From contig DULN01000006.1 in the NCBI GenBank assembly GCA_012840355.1, positions 5,514-69,513 on the forward strand: a DNA stretch of 64,000 nucleotides. The letters are read 5' to 3'. The DNA comes from Clostridiales bacterium (GTDB taxonomy: Bacteria > Bacillota > Clostridia > Oscillospirales > CAG-272). Positions 45,205 through 54,904 of this stretch are shown here, one piece after another (the first letter of the stretch is position 1; every line of letters starts with the position of its first letter). The notes beneath the pieces are model-generated. The model did no database searches and had not been told where the DNA came from. It saw only the letters and a list, made by a program, of their open reading frames with translations. Position numbers and translations under genes: made by a program.

Positions 45205-46899
45205 TTGAGGCATGTGACTCATGAGGTAGACTTATGCGTCGTCGGTGGCGGGATGGCGGGGCTGTGCGCCGCAATCGCCGCGGCAAGGCATGGCATACGC
45301 GTCGCTTTGATGCATGACCGCCCTGTGCTTGGCGGCAACGCGTCAAGCGAGGTACGAATGCATATCTGCGGCGCGCGCGGCGAAGGCAACAGAGAGACCG
45401 GCATACTTGAGGAAATAATCCTTGAAAACTACTACAGAAACCACAACATGTCCTACTCTATTTGGGACAGTGTGCTTTACGAAAAAGCGAGATTTGAAAA
45501 AAACATCACTTTGCTATTAAACTGCACATGCCAAACCGCGAATACCGACCCTACAGATGGACGCATACTATCGGTAATCGGGTGGACGCTAAACAGCGAA
45601 ACATATCATACGGTCAAAGCGAAATTTTTCGCCGACTGCTCCGGCGACTCGATTTTGGCGCCGCTGACCGGAGCCGAGCATGTGATGGGCAGAGAAGGGC
45701 GCAACGAGTATGGCGAGTCCATTGCGCCTGAGAATGCCGACAAAAAGACCATGGGCATGAGCATTATAATGATGTTGCGCGAGACCGACAGCCCGCAGCC
45801 TTACACTCCGCCCGAATGGGCGTATAAGTTCCAGACAGACGCCGATATGCCGGTTGCCGACCACTCGGTAAACACAAATTTTTGGTGGATTGAATACGGC
45901 GGCACGCTTGACTGCATACACGACACCGACGAGATTCGCGACGAGCTGTTAAAAATCGCGTTTGGCGTGTGGGACCATATGAAAAACTGCGGCGAACACG
46001 GCTGCGAAAACTGGGTGCTCGACTGGGTCGGCTTTTTGCCCGGCAAGCGCGAGAGCCGGCGCTACCGCGGGCCATATGTGGTGACCCAGCACGACGTGGA
46101 GTCGGGCGGTAAGTTCGACGACGTTATTGCCTATGGCGGCTGGCCAATGGACGACCACTTCCCGGAAGGCTTTTACTATCGCAAAGGTCACCCCACCATC
46201 TATCACCCGGCGCCGTCGCCGTGGGGGATACCATACCGCGCGGTGTACTCGGTGAATATCCCCAACCTCTTCTTTGCGGGCAGGAACATAAGCGTCACGC
46301 ACTCGGCGTTCAGCTCCTCGCGCGTGATGGGTACCTGCGCCATGCTCGGCCAAGCGGTGGGCACCGCCGCAGCACTTGCAGTGCATAGTGGCGCGGGCTC
46401 ATGCGCGGAAGTAGATGTAGGAGAGCTGCAAACGGATTTGCTTTGGGACGACTGCATGCTTCCGGGAAAGCCCAGAGTGCCAACAGACAAGACAATGGCG
46501 GCAAAGACAAGCTATCCAATGCTGAAGGACGGGGACGACCGTTCAAATCCTGCCGTTGTACCGCCAGGCGAGGAGATTACATATACATGGGACAATCCCA
46601 CATATATAGAGGAAGTGCGCATCGTATTTGATAGCGACCTCGGCCGCAATAGGTTAAATATGCCCTCAAATTATCCTTTAAATATGCCAAAGGAACATAT
46701 GCCAAATACACTGGTGAAAGAGTATAAGATAGTCACCATAACCGAAAGCGGCGAGGAGCAAACCGTTGCGCATGAAACTAATAACCGCGCGCGTCTGATC
46801 AAAAAGCAGGTCGATATGCGCTGCAAAGCAATAAAGCTTGTCCCACTCGCCACCTGGGGCAAGCCGACAGCCGCGGTATTTTCTATGGATGTAAAATAG
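45205..46899 (+). CDS. FAD-dependent oxidoreductase (PF12831-like) with C-terminal beta-sandwich domain
   Basis: DLCVVGGGMAGLCAAIAAARHGIRV...GGNASSE dinucleotide motif. 564 aa. Divergent from the AraC gene. Start TTG 45205 is uncertain (GTG 45214 is the alternative). Confidence 0.75.
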   Translation: MRHVTHEVDLCVVGGGMAGLCAAIAAARHGIRVALMHDRPVLGGNASSEVRMHICGARGEGNRETGILEEIILENYYRNHNMSYSIWDSVLYEKARFEKNITLLLNCTCQTANTDPTDGRILSVIGWTLNSETYHTVKAKFFADCSGDSILAPLTGAEHVMGREGRNEYGESIAPENADKKTMGMSIIMMLRETDSPQPYTPPEWAYKFQTDADMPVADHSVNTNFWWIEYGGTLDCIHDTDEIRDELLKIAFGVWDHMKNCGEHGCENWVLDWVGFLPGKRESRRYRGPYVVTQHDVESGGKFDDVIAYGGWPMDDHFPEGFYYRKGHPTIYHPAPSPWGIPYRAVYSVNIPNLFFAGRNISVTHSAFSSSRVMGTCAMLGQAVGTAAALAVHSGAGSCAEVDVGELQTDLLWDDCMLPGKPRVPTDKTMAAKTSYPMLKDGDDRSNPAVVPPGEEITYTWDNPTYIEEVRIVFDSDLGRNRLNMPSNYPLNMPKEHMPNTLVKEYKIVTITESGEEQTVAHETNNRARLIKKQVDMRCKAIKLVPLATWGKPTAAVFSMDVK

Positions 46900-47054
46900 G
46901 TCTTTGGAGAATTTTAATAAAATATTAAAACTTATGCGCCTTTGTGTTTAAATAAAGCAAACAATTGCTCGGCGGCATTGACTTAATTTTGATATGAATG
47001 TATACTTAACCTAGTGGGATATGTTGGTTACTGGCGTTGAGGAGGTATAGGAAA

Positions 47055-48134
47055 ATGAATAGAAAAATCAGGGCTGTGCAATATGGATGCGGCAAAATGA
47101 GCGTGTACCTTATGCGTTACATGCTAGAAAAGGGAGCGGAAATAGTCGCCGCGTTCGATATTGACCCCGCGATTATTGGTAAAGACATAGGCGAGATAAT
47201 CGGCACGGAGCCTCACGGCGTTAAAGTTACCGACGCGCGGGAAGCCGACAGCGTGCTTGCCGAGCTGAAACCTGACGTCTGCGTTATCGCGACTCGCAGC
47301 ACAATGGCAGAGGTTAAAGAAGCCTTTACGGTCTGCGCCAAAAATGGCGTAAACGCTATATCGACCTGCGAAGAAGCGCTTTATCCGTGGAACTCTTCAC
47401 CTGAAATCACAAAAGAGCTCGACGAGCTAGCCAAAAAGTATAACTGCACGCTCGCCGGAAGCGGCTACCCGGACATGTATTGGGGCGTGATGATAGACAC
47501 CATCGCAGGCTCGATGCATAAAATCACAAGGATAGAAGGCGTAAGCTGCTACAATGTCGAAGATTACGGTATCGCGCTGGCCGAAGGGCATGGAGCCGGC
47601 CTTTCGCTAGACGAGTTTGCCGAAAAGATCGGCAAATACAACGACCTTACGCCCGACGAAATAAAGGAGAAAATCGAAAATGGCGAAGTCGAGCCGAGCT
47701 ATATGTGGAACCAGAACGGCTGGCTCTGCGCAAGGCTCGGGCTTACCCCGATTTTGCAAACCCAGAAATGTATCCCCACGACGCACGACACCGACCTATT
47801 CTCCAGCACGCTTGGGATTACGATAAAGGCTGGATATGCGACCGGAATGGCTGCGGTCGTAACAACAGAAACCGCAGAAGGCATTACAATCGAAACCCAG
47901 TGCATCGGTAAGGTTTACGCACCGGGAGAGTTCGACAAAAACGAGTGGACGTTCTACGGCGAGCCGGACACAACGATAGTCGTTAACCGCCCGGCGACCG
48001 TCGAGCTGACATGCGCCACCTTGGTCAACAGGATTCCCTCACTTATAAACAGCGAGCCGGGCTATATAACGACCGACAAACTTCCGAACAACGTCTATCT
48101 TGTCAGGCCGATGCATGAATATGTAAAAGTGTAA
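47055..48134 (+). CDS. NAD(P)-dependent dehydrogenase, DapB-N / 2,4-diaminopentanoate dehydrogenase-like (native amine dehydrogenase family)
   Basis: ORF 47037-48134. ATG 47055 after GAGGAGG. KIRAVQYGCGKMSVYLMRYMLEKGAEIVAAFDIDP Rossmann N-terminus and ...TLAGSGYPDMYWG resemble the Ord / nat-AmDH family. Confidence 0.6.
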   Translation: MNRKIRAVQYGCGKMSVYLMRYMLEKGAEIVAAFDIDPAIIGKDIGEIIGTEPHGVKVTDAREADSVLAELKPDVCVIATRSTMAEVKEAFTVCAKNGVNAISTCEEALYPWNSSPEITKELDELAKKYNCTLAGSGYPDMYWGVMIDTIAGSMHKITRIEGVSCYNVEDYGIALAEGHGAGLSLDEFAEKIGKYNDLTPDEIKEKIENGEVEPSYMWNQNGWLCARLGLTPILQTQKCIPTTHDTDLFSSTLGITIKAGYATGMAAVVTTETAEGITIETQCIGKVYAPGEFDKNEWTFYGEPDTTIVVNRPATVELTCATLVNRIPSLINSEPGYITTDKLPNNVYLVRPMHEYVKV

Positions 48135-48166
48135 TTCAGACATTTGACGCAAAGCCAACTAAAAAA

Positions 48167-48206
48167 GCCGCACAGCCGGTGTTCTTCGGCATGCGGCTCT
48201 AATTTT
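48167..48206. terminator. hairpin between convergent genes (weak T-tract)
   Basis: GCCGCA (48167-48172) ... TGCGGC (48192-48197) with inner CCGG..CGG pairing, then CTCTAATTTT. Confidence 0.45.
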
Positions 48207-48244
48207 GCCCGTTTTGTCTTTGGCTAATCCGTGGGGTTTTACTT

Positions 48245-49270
48245 TTACTCGCTTTTTCGGCTGTGCGCAGCGCGAGACATAGCCAAAACGTTCGCGGGAG
48301 GAACATTCGGGAGGATCTCTTCATGGCTCGGCGAGATGACGATGTTCGGGCCAAGGATTTCGCGCACGCGGTAGACTTCGGCTTCGACTTCCTCGGGAGC
48401 GGCGTTTACGAAGAAGCTCTGCGCGTCGATTCCTCCGACAAAGGCGAGATCATTTTTGTATTGCGAAAGCGACTTTGCGTCCATGCCCGCCGCCTGTGCC
48501 TGGATTGGGTGCAGTGCGTCGACGCCCGCCTCTATTAGGTCGGGTATGACGCGGTAAATCGAGCCGCAGGAATGAAGCATCACAAACTTGCCGTATTTTT
48601 TAGCTACCGCAACAAGGCGCTTGACGGAGGGCAGCACGAATTTTCGGAACATCTCGGGCGAAATCATCAGGTCGCGCTGCGTGCCGAAATCGTTGCCGAA
48701 AAAGAAGATGTCAGCGCGGTCGCCAAGCCCCGCGAAAAACTTTTCGTTAGCCTCTACATAAAAGTCCACCACATGCTCGGTCACGGCTTCGACGACCGCA
48801 GGGTTTTCGTACATTTTTACAAAATAGTTTTCCATGCCGAAAAAGTCGGCGACGATATGGTAAAAGCAGCTCCACATACCGGTGAATACAGCTTTGTCAG
48901 AGTGGCGCTCGATCGCGGCGTACACATCGGAAAAGTCGAGGTATTTAGGGTCGGGCCAAGGATAGCGCTCGACCTCGGTGACGTCCTCAGTATCGGCAAA
49001 CGTGCCGCCGGCGCTGAGTGTCGGCCTGCCGCTCGTCCCCCATGCGGTATCGAACATCGGGCGGCCTTCGGGGTGCTTATAGCCCCCGTCGGCGGAAATC
49101 CAGCGGCAGTCGTCGTTAAGGAAAGTGTAAATTGCTTCGTAAGTAGGCTCTATGCCCCATTCTTTCGCCATATTCGGCACGGAGGCAGGGTTGGGATGGC
49201 CGGTCCAAAAGGCCAGCCCGTCGTTATTCTTGCGCATGAAAATGTTTTTGACAATATCGCGTGAAGTCAT
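48245..49270 (-). CDS. uroporphyrinogen decarboxylase (URO-D)-family protein, paralogue A
   Basis: ORF 48245-49282. ATG 49270 (MTSRDIV) after GAGGA. TIM-barrel URO-D/MtaA-like C-terminal half (MLHSCGSIYRVIPDLIEAGVDALHPIQ...GGID). No corrinoid protein gene nearby. Confidence 0.7.
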   Translation of the reverse strand: MTSRDIVKNIFMRKNNDGLAFWTGHPNPASVPNMAKEWGIEPTYEAIYTFLNDDCRWISADGGYKHPEGRPMFDTAWGTSGRPTLSAGGTFADTEDVTEVERYPWPDPKYLDFSDVYAAIERHSDKAVFTGMWSCFYHIVADFFGMENYFVKMYENPAVVEAVTEHVVDFYVEANEKFFAGLGDRADIFFFGNDFGTQRDLMISPEMFRKFVLPSVKRLVAVAKKYGKFVMLHSCGSIYRVIPDLIEAGVDALHPIQAQAAGMDAKSLSQYKNDLAFVGGIDAQSFFVNAAPEEVEAEVYRVREILGPNIVISPSHEEILPNVPPANVLAMSRAAHSRKSE

Positions 49271-49462
49271 ATTTATCCTCATGTATTGTGTCTCTTTAGT
49301 GATGTATAATTATATCACAGACCGAAGCTTATGTAAATAAAAAGCGCGCCGGTATTAGGTTATAGCGCGAATTTGTAAAAAGCGATTGAAAAATTTTATC
49401 CTTTTAATTATAATATTCTCGTATGAACGAAACACAACAAATATTGGAATTGGGGTATTTTT

Positions 49463-50521
49463 ATGGACAAAATCACGGTTGCAGTAATCGGGTGCGGAAG
49501 AATTGCCGACTCCGCGCATTTCCCTGCGCTTTCGAAAATGAAAGACGTGGAAATAAAATACGCGTGCGACATAATCGAAAGCAAGGCAAAGGACAAGGTT
49601 GAAAAGTTCGGTGCACGCTATGCTATTACAGACTATAAAGTCGCGCTCGCCGACCCCGAGGTCGACGCCGTTTATGTACTGACGCCGAACTACTCGCACT
49701 ATACAATTACAATGGACGCGCTCGAGGCGGGCAAGCACGTCTTCTGCGAAAAGCCGATTACCGTTAACTATGAGCTGTCGTGCGAGATGGCGAAAAAAGC
49801 CGAGGAAAAAGGCAAGCAGCTAGTCATAGGCGTATGCAACCGCTACCACAGGACTGTCGAGACAATCGAGGAGATGAACCGAACTGGCAAGCTCGGGAAA
49901 ATTTACCACATTTACTGCTCGTTCCGCGCGCACCGCTCGATACCCGGGCTCGGCGGCCCGTTTACGATTAAGGCGCAGTCGGGCGGCGGCGTGCTTATAG
50001 ACTGGGGCGTGCATTTCTTCGACCTTATCCTATATATCCTCGGCGGGGCGAAAATCGAGTCCGTTTCCGCCGACGCATACAGCGAGATGGCAAAAGACAT
50101 CAAGTCATACGTCTATAGGGACATGTGGGCAGGCCCGCCCGTACTTGACGGTATAAACGACGTCGAAGACTTTATCACCGGCTATATAAGGACCGACAAG
50201 GCTAGCATCTCATTCAACGGCGCCTGGGCACAGAACATTGAGAAAAACGAGATGTTTATCGACTTCCTCGGCGACAAGGGCGGCATCCGCATGGACTACT
50301 GCGGATATTTCACCTACTATACGGTTGAAAACGGACAATTCGTCCAAGATCGCCCGCAGTATGACATCCCCAACATGTACGAGCGCGAGGACGCCGACTT
50401 TATAAAGGCTATCCGCACGGGCGAGCGGACGAGAAACCACATCGAAAAGGTGCTCGAGAGCGCAAAATTGCTTGACTTTATTTATAAGTCTGCTGAAGAG
50501 AAAAAGGAAATCCGCGTATAA
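49463..50521 (+). CDS. Gfo/Idh/MocA-family NAD(P)-dependent oxidoreductase
   Basis: ITVAVIGCGRIADSAHFPAL Rossmann start and EKPI motif (HVFCEKPITV). 352 aa. Confidence 0.85.
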   Translation: MDKITVAVIGCGRIADSAHFPALSKMKDVEIKYACDIIESKAKDKVEKFGARYAITDYKVALADPEVDAVYVLTPNYSHYTITMDALEAGKHVFCEKPITVNYELSCEMAKKAEEKGKQLVIGVCNRYHRTVETIEEMNRTGKLGKIYHIYCSFRAHRSIPGLGGPFTIKAQSGGGVLIDWGVHFFDLILYILGGAKIESVSADAYSEMAKDIKSYVYRDMWAGPPVLDGINDVEDFITGYIRTDKASISFNGAWAQNIEKNEMFIDFLGDKGGIRMDYCGYFTYYTVENGQFVQDRPQYDIPNMYEREDADFIKAIRTGERTRNHIEKVLESAKLLDFIYKSAEEKKEIRV

Positions 50522-50553
50522 GCTTGCCGTGGAAGCTGCGATGAAATAAAAAA

Positions 50554-50586
50554 GGCAGTGCACTTTTTGCGCTGCCTTTTTATTTT
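50554..50586. terminator. bidirectional intrinsic terminator
   Basis: GGCAGTGC (50554-50561) / GCGCTGCC (50569-50576, one mismatch), flanked by an A-run and a T-run. Confidence 0.6.
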
Positions 50587-51674
50587 TAGTCGTACCTGCC
50601 AAGCTCGAGCGCCTTTTTTACGAAATACTTATATGTTTCGTAATTAACCGTCTTGGGTATAGAGTGGTCGGAATGCACGGCATAGCCGTAGCCTTGCTTG
50701 ACAACCGGGATTTTCTTTTCAAGCTCCTCGTCGATTAGCTTTTTGTCGTTGGAATACAGCACGCGCACGTCGATTCCGCCCATAAACGACAGGCGCTTGC
50801 CGTATTTCTCGTACAGGCGCAATAGGTCCATGCCCGCCTTTACCTCTATGACTTGGAGCATATCCATGCCGGCTCGCAAAAGTCCGTCGACCAGCGGCTC
50901 CACAAACCCGCACGAGTGGACGATTACAGGCAGGTCAAGGCTTTTTGCAAAATCGAAAGTGTACTTGTGCGCGGGATAAAGAAACTTATCATAAAACGCC
51001 GGGCTCATGAAAGGCGCGCCTTTATAGCCCATGTCCTCGTAGTACCAGATGCCGTCGGGCTTGCCCTCGCGCTCGAAAAGGAGTTTTTGCGCCTTGACGG
51101 TCATCTCCGCATAAGTTTGAGCCATGTCAATTACCCAATCGGGGTCGTAAATCATCGCCGCGAGCAGCTCCTCATGCCCGACAAGCGGATGCATCAGCTC
51201 GAACACATTGGTCCCGCTCCAAACGAAGAAAAGCTGACGCTCTTCGGCGTATTTTTTCGTTTGCCTGTATGCCTCAAAATTGATTCGGCGCTCAAGGTCC
51301 GCTTCATTTGTTATAAGGGGCTTGACAAGCTCCTCCCATTTTTCGCGGGAGTCGATGCCAAATCCGATATGTTCGGGCGTCGAGTCGTGCTTTTTGTGCC
51401 GGCGCAGCGTAGCCCAGTTTCCGTCAAGATATGTGGCCGTGTCTTCGTCTTCGGAAATTTTAACAGGCTGAAAATCGATCCTAGCCGTGAAGTTGGTAGG
51501 CCAGCATTCGACCATATCGAAGCCAAACTCGGCGGTAAAATCCCCAGGGCATCCTTGGTTCGATACCCATTCGGCATAGGTATCGTTCCAAAAATGCTCG
51601 TACAGTCCCACCCGGTCGGCCGGCTCGCGCCGTAGTATACGGGACATGCGTTCTTTACCTGTAAGCTGTTCCAT
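50586..51674 (-). CDS. uroporphyrinogen decarboxylase (URO-D)-family protein, paralogue B
   Basis: SD AGAGGTG. 362 aa. VIVHSCGFVEPLVDGLLRAGMDMLQVIE...GGID matches the same URO-D/MtaA-like core as paralogue A. Confidence 0.7.
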   Translation of the reverse strand: MEQLTGKERMSRILRREPADRVGLYEHFWNDTYAEWVSNQGCPGDFTAEFGFDMVECWPTNFTARIDFQPVKISEDEDTATYLDGNWATLRRHKKHDSTPEHIGFGIDSREKWEELVKPLITNEADLERRINFEAYRQTKKYAEERQLFFVWSGTNVFELMHPLVGHEELLAAMIYDPDWVIDMAQTYAEMTVKAQKLLFEREGKPDGIWYYEDMGYKGAPFMSPAFYDKFLYPAHKYTFDFAKSLDLPVIVHSCGFVEPLVDGLLRAGMDMLQVIEVKAGMDLLRLYEKYGKRLSFMGGIDVRVLYSNDKKLIDEELEKKIPVVKQGYGYAVHSDHSIPKTVNYETYKYFVKKALELGRYD

Positions 51675-51868
51675 TGCGCACCTCTAATAAAAATACTATG
51701 GGCTTTTCCGCCCGGATATAACCATGGGTCAAGGTTAGTATAATACATTTCGGCTGCCATTTCAATAAAAGAGCAGAGGTTTCTTAAGAAACCATATATT
51801 GAAAAATAATCAAAAATGTGGTATTATTTCTATTGTGCTTTAGTATGAAGGTGTAAGCGGAGAGCGAA

Positions 51869-53653
51869 ATGGACAAGCTCAAAATGCACACCCGCGACAA
51901 GACTAAGGATAACATAAAGAAAATTGCCGAGCTATTCCCGGAGGTCTTAACCGAAGCGGCGAAAGGCTTCCTTCCAGATGGCAGCCCAATTGTAGAACCG
52001 GCGATAAATTTTGACGCGCTTTGCGCCGAGCTTTCGGACGCGTTGGCAGGTAGTGGGGAAGAACGATACGAGTTCACTTGGCCTGGCAAAAAAAGGACGA
52101 TGATGCTTGCGAGGGCTCCCACATATAAGACAATACGCCCCCGCCGCGAGGAGAGCGTGAATTTTGACGATACCGAAAACCTCTTTATAGAGGGCGACAA
52201 CCTTGAAGCGCTGAAGCTGTTGCAAAAGGCTTATTCTGGCAAGATAAAAGTTATATATATCGATCCGCCTTATAATACCGGCAACGAGTTTATATATACC
52301 GACGACTTTAGGATAAGCTTGCGCGATTATATATCGCGCTGCGGGCAGGGCGAATACAGCGGGCGGATGCACTCGGATTGGCTTAACATGATGTACCCGC
52401 GCCTTATTGTGGCAAGGGATTTGCTGCGCGAGGACGGGGTGATATTTGTCAGCATCGACGACACCGAAATGGCAAACACGGTAAAAATCATGAATGAGAT
52501 TTTCGGAGAGCGCAACAAGGTGGCAGAGCTTGTAGTTATCCGGTCCGAGGGCGGCGGCATAGCGAAACAGGTTGTAAGAGGGCACGATTACCTTTTGGTA
52601 TATGCCAAAAACATCTCAAAATTCACGCCGCTCGCGAGGCCTAAGGAGATCCGAGGCAAGGTGATTGAAAAAGACGGTGAAAAGTACTGGATCCAAGAAG
52701 ACTGGCTGAGGAAAAAATTCAGCAAATACGGCAGCTGCCATTATGAGGAGATACTTGAGTACAAAGGCGAAAAGGTAAAAAAACAGGTAGACGAAAAGCT
52801 AAAAAAAGGCGAGTATGTGCTTGTCCCAAAACCGAACGGCATGCACATTGTGGGCAAGTTGCGCAATATAAAAAAAGACACATCGAAATTTTACAGCGTG
52901 CTAAAACACCTTTCGGCTACAGGGATAAAAGACCTTGCAGCGCTTGGGCTTGATGGGTGCTTTGATTACCCAAAGCCGCTCTCACTGTTAAAAGAAATAA
53001 TCCTCGGAGCAACATATTTCACCGCATGCGAAGGCGACATTGTGCTAGATTTCTTCGCGGGCTCGGCGACAACTGCTCATGCGGTCATGCAGCTAAACGC
53101 CGAGGACGGCGGCAACCGCAAATTTATAATGGTGCAGCTTCCTGAGCCTTGCGGCGAGCAGTCGGTTGCTTACAAAGCAGGCTTTAAAACTGTAGCCGAT
53201 ATCGGTAAAGAGCGAATCCGCCGCGCGGGAAAGAAAATACTAGAAGAGCGCCCGGAGCTTGTGGGCAAGCTTGACGTAGGATTCCGGGTGCTATTTGTCG
53301 ACAGCGGCAACGTGATGGACGCATATTTTACCCGGAGCCGTGAGGAGACGGGCGGCATAATCTTTATTAAAGAGGGCCGCACGCACGAAGATTTATTGTT
53401 TTGGGCGATGCTTGAGCTTGGTGTACCGCCGAGCGGCAAAATATCGATGCTCGAGCTTGCGGGCAAAAAAGTTTACGAGGTGGATAACGGAAAGCTTTTC
53501 GCCTTTTTTGACGGGCAGCTCACTGCGGAGGTGGTAAAAGAGATAGCCTGCCGGCAGCCGGACTATGCGGTGTTTTGCGACGAAGGCGCATCTAAAAAAA
53601 TCGAGCAAATTTTTGCGGATCATAGCCCGTCGACAAAGGTTAAGCTGCTTTAA
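51869..53653 (+). CDS. type III R-M Mod-like DNA methyltransferase (beta-class N6A/N4C), solitary
   Basis: N-terminal ...IKKIAELFPEVLTE...ERYEFTWPGKK...NLFIEGDNLEALKLLQ. Motif IV IYIDPPYNTGNEFIYTDDF precedes motif I DFFAGSATTAHAV, which is the Mod/beta-class order. No res-like helicase-nuclease ORF is adjacent. Confidence 0.85.
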   Translation: MDKLKMHTRDKTKDNIKKIAELFPEVLTEAAKGFLPDGSPIVEPAINFDALCAELSDALAGSGEERYEFTWPGKKRTMMLARAPTYKTIRPRREESVNFDDTENLFIEGDNLEALKLLQKAYSGKIKVIYIDPPYNTGNEFIYTDDFRISLRDYISRCGQGEYSGRMHSDWLNMMYPRLIVARDLLREDGVIFVSIDDTEMANTVKIMNEIFGERNKVAELVVIRSEGGGIAKQVVRGHDYLLVYAKNISKFTPLARPKEIRGKVIEKDGEKYWIQEDWLRKKFSKYGSCHYEEILEYKGEKVKKQVDEKLKKGEYVLVPKPNGMHIVGKLRNIKKDTSKFYSVLKHLSATGIKDLAALGLDGCFDYPKPLSLLKEIILGATYFTACEGDIVLDFFAGSATTAHAVMQLNAEDGGNRKFIMVQLPEPCGEQSVAYKAGFKTVADIGKERIRRAGKKILEERPELVGKLDVGFRVLFVDSGNVMDAYFTRSREETGGIIFIKEGRTHEDLLFWAMLELGVPPSGKISMLELAGKKVYEVDNGKLFAFFDGQLTAEVVKEIACRQPDYAVFCDEGASKKIEQIFADHSPSTKVKLL

Positions 53654-53683
53654 TATAAAAGGTTGTAGACATGGACGCAAAAA

Positions 53684-53722
53684 AGCGCACCGTATCATGT
53701 GATATGGTGCGCTAAATTTTTA
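53684..53722. terminator. bidirectional intrinsic terminator
   Basis: AGCGCACC (53684-53691) / GGTGCGCT (53706-53713), flanked by A5 and ATTTTTA. Confidence 0.65.
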
Positions 53723-54904
53723 TTCGGTCGCAAAGTTTGTAAAATATCCTTTAATGAGTACGACGGGCGTGCCTCTGTCGCCGCTGCCGCTGACAAGGTC
53801 GCAAAGGCTGCCCACAAGATCGGTTATCCTTCTTGGGGTTGTGCCCTGCGACTTCATATTGCCGACAAGGTTTTTGTCTTTTTTCTTTATTTGTTCTTTC
53901 ATTGCGCGCTCGAGCTCCTCGCCGGACAACGTTGCGAAATCGTTGTCGGCAAAATACTTGATTTTAAGCTCGTTAGGCGTCCCGGCAAGCCCGCTTGTGT
54001 ACGCCGGCGAGATTACCGGGTCCGCAAGCTCCCAAATCCCTCCGACCGGGTCTTTGAAACCGCCGTCGCCGTATATAAGTACCTCTATGTTTTTACCGGT
54101 CTTTTCTTTCAAAGCTGCGGCTAAGGAGTCGACGAAAGCCTGACAGTCTCTCGGGAAAAGCTTGACGGTGTCTTCGGTCGCTTTGTTCGAGCCTAGCAGA
54201 CCAAATTCCGGGTTATATCCGCTGCCGTCGACCGGCGCAGTTAGAATTTGGTCGAGCCTATAGCTTATCTCAGCGCCTGCCTTCTTTATGAGCTTTTGCG
54301 TCCTGAATCTCGAGTGGATGTCGCAGTTTAAGATATTTTTCGTGTATTTTAGGATATATGTCGGGTCGTTCGACAAAATAATCTCGATGTTCGGGCTAAT
54401 GCTGCTGTAAAAATCAATATAATCGATCCCGGTAAAGGGGTGCACGGTGGCGTTCTTGCCGAAAATCTTTCTGAACCCTTCCGCAGTAAAGCTGTCTGTG
54501 TAGGGGTTAATACCCGACTCGTCGAATATTTCCCTGTCAACCAAAGGGTTCCCGACTTCGTCGGCAGGATAGGAAAGCTGCACATAGAGCTTTTGGACGC
54601 CCATCGCAATCGCCCGAAGCAGGATCGAAAAACGGTTGCGGCTTAAAATTGGGAAAACGAGGCCAAGCTCGCCGCCGCCGAACTTTTCCTTTATATCTTT
54701 CGCTATCTGCTCGCAGCTGGCATAGTTGCCCTGCGTTCTTGCCACAAGCGCTTCGGTGACGCCTACAATGTCGCCATCGCTGAAGCCGAAGCCTTCATGT
54801 TCCGCCGCGCGGAGCAAGCTTTCGACAATGCCGCCGATTACATTGTCGCCACGCCTGAAGATGGGGGTTATAATGCCTTTTGCGGTCACGCCGGAATAGC
54901 GCAT
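53720..54904 (-). CDS. CofE-like (F420-0:gamma-glutamyl ligase family) protein
   Basis: SD AAAGGAA. 394 aa. N-terminal ...GDIVGVTEALVARTQGNY... and C-terminal ...LVSGSGDRGTPVVLIKG resemble the F420_ligase fold, long Firmicute form. Confidence 0.65.
   Translation of the reverse strand: MRYSGVTAKGIITPIFRRGDNVIGGIVESLLRAAEHEGFGFSDGDIVGVTEALVARTQGNYASCEQIAKDIKEKFGGGELGLVFPILSRNRFSILLRAIAMGVQKLYVQLSYPADEVGNPLVDREIFDESGINPYTDSFTAEGFRKIFGKNATVHPFTGIDYIDFYSSISPNIEIILSNDPTYILKYTKNILNCDIHSRFRTQKLIKKAGAEISYRLDQILTAPVDGSGYNPEFGLLGSNKATEDTVKLFPRDCQAFVDSLAAALKEKTGKNIEVLIYGDGGFKDPVGGIWELADPVISPAYTSGLAGTPNELKIKYFADNDFATLSGEELERAMKEQIKKKDKNLVGNMKSQGTTPRRITDLVGSLCDLVSGSGDRGTPVVLIKGYFTNFATE

Noticed and set aside
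51784-52585. Minus-strand ORFs (138 aa and 212 aa) antisense to the 5' part of the methyltransferase gene
   Set aside because: No SD and no motifs, and they overlap a gene with unambiguous methyltransferase motifs on the other strand.
51869-54904. Complete type III restriction-modification or other defence system around the Mod-like methyltransferase
   Set aside because: The only neighbour downstream is a convergent CofE-like ligase behind a bidirectional terminator, and the upstream neighbour is a URO-D-like metabolic gene. No helicase, nuclease, ATPase or other defence-type ORF is present.
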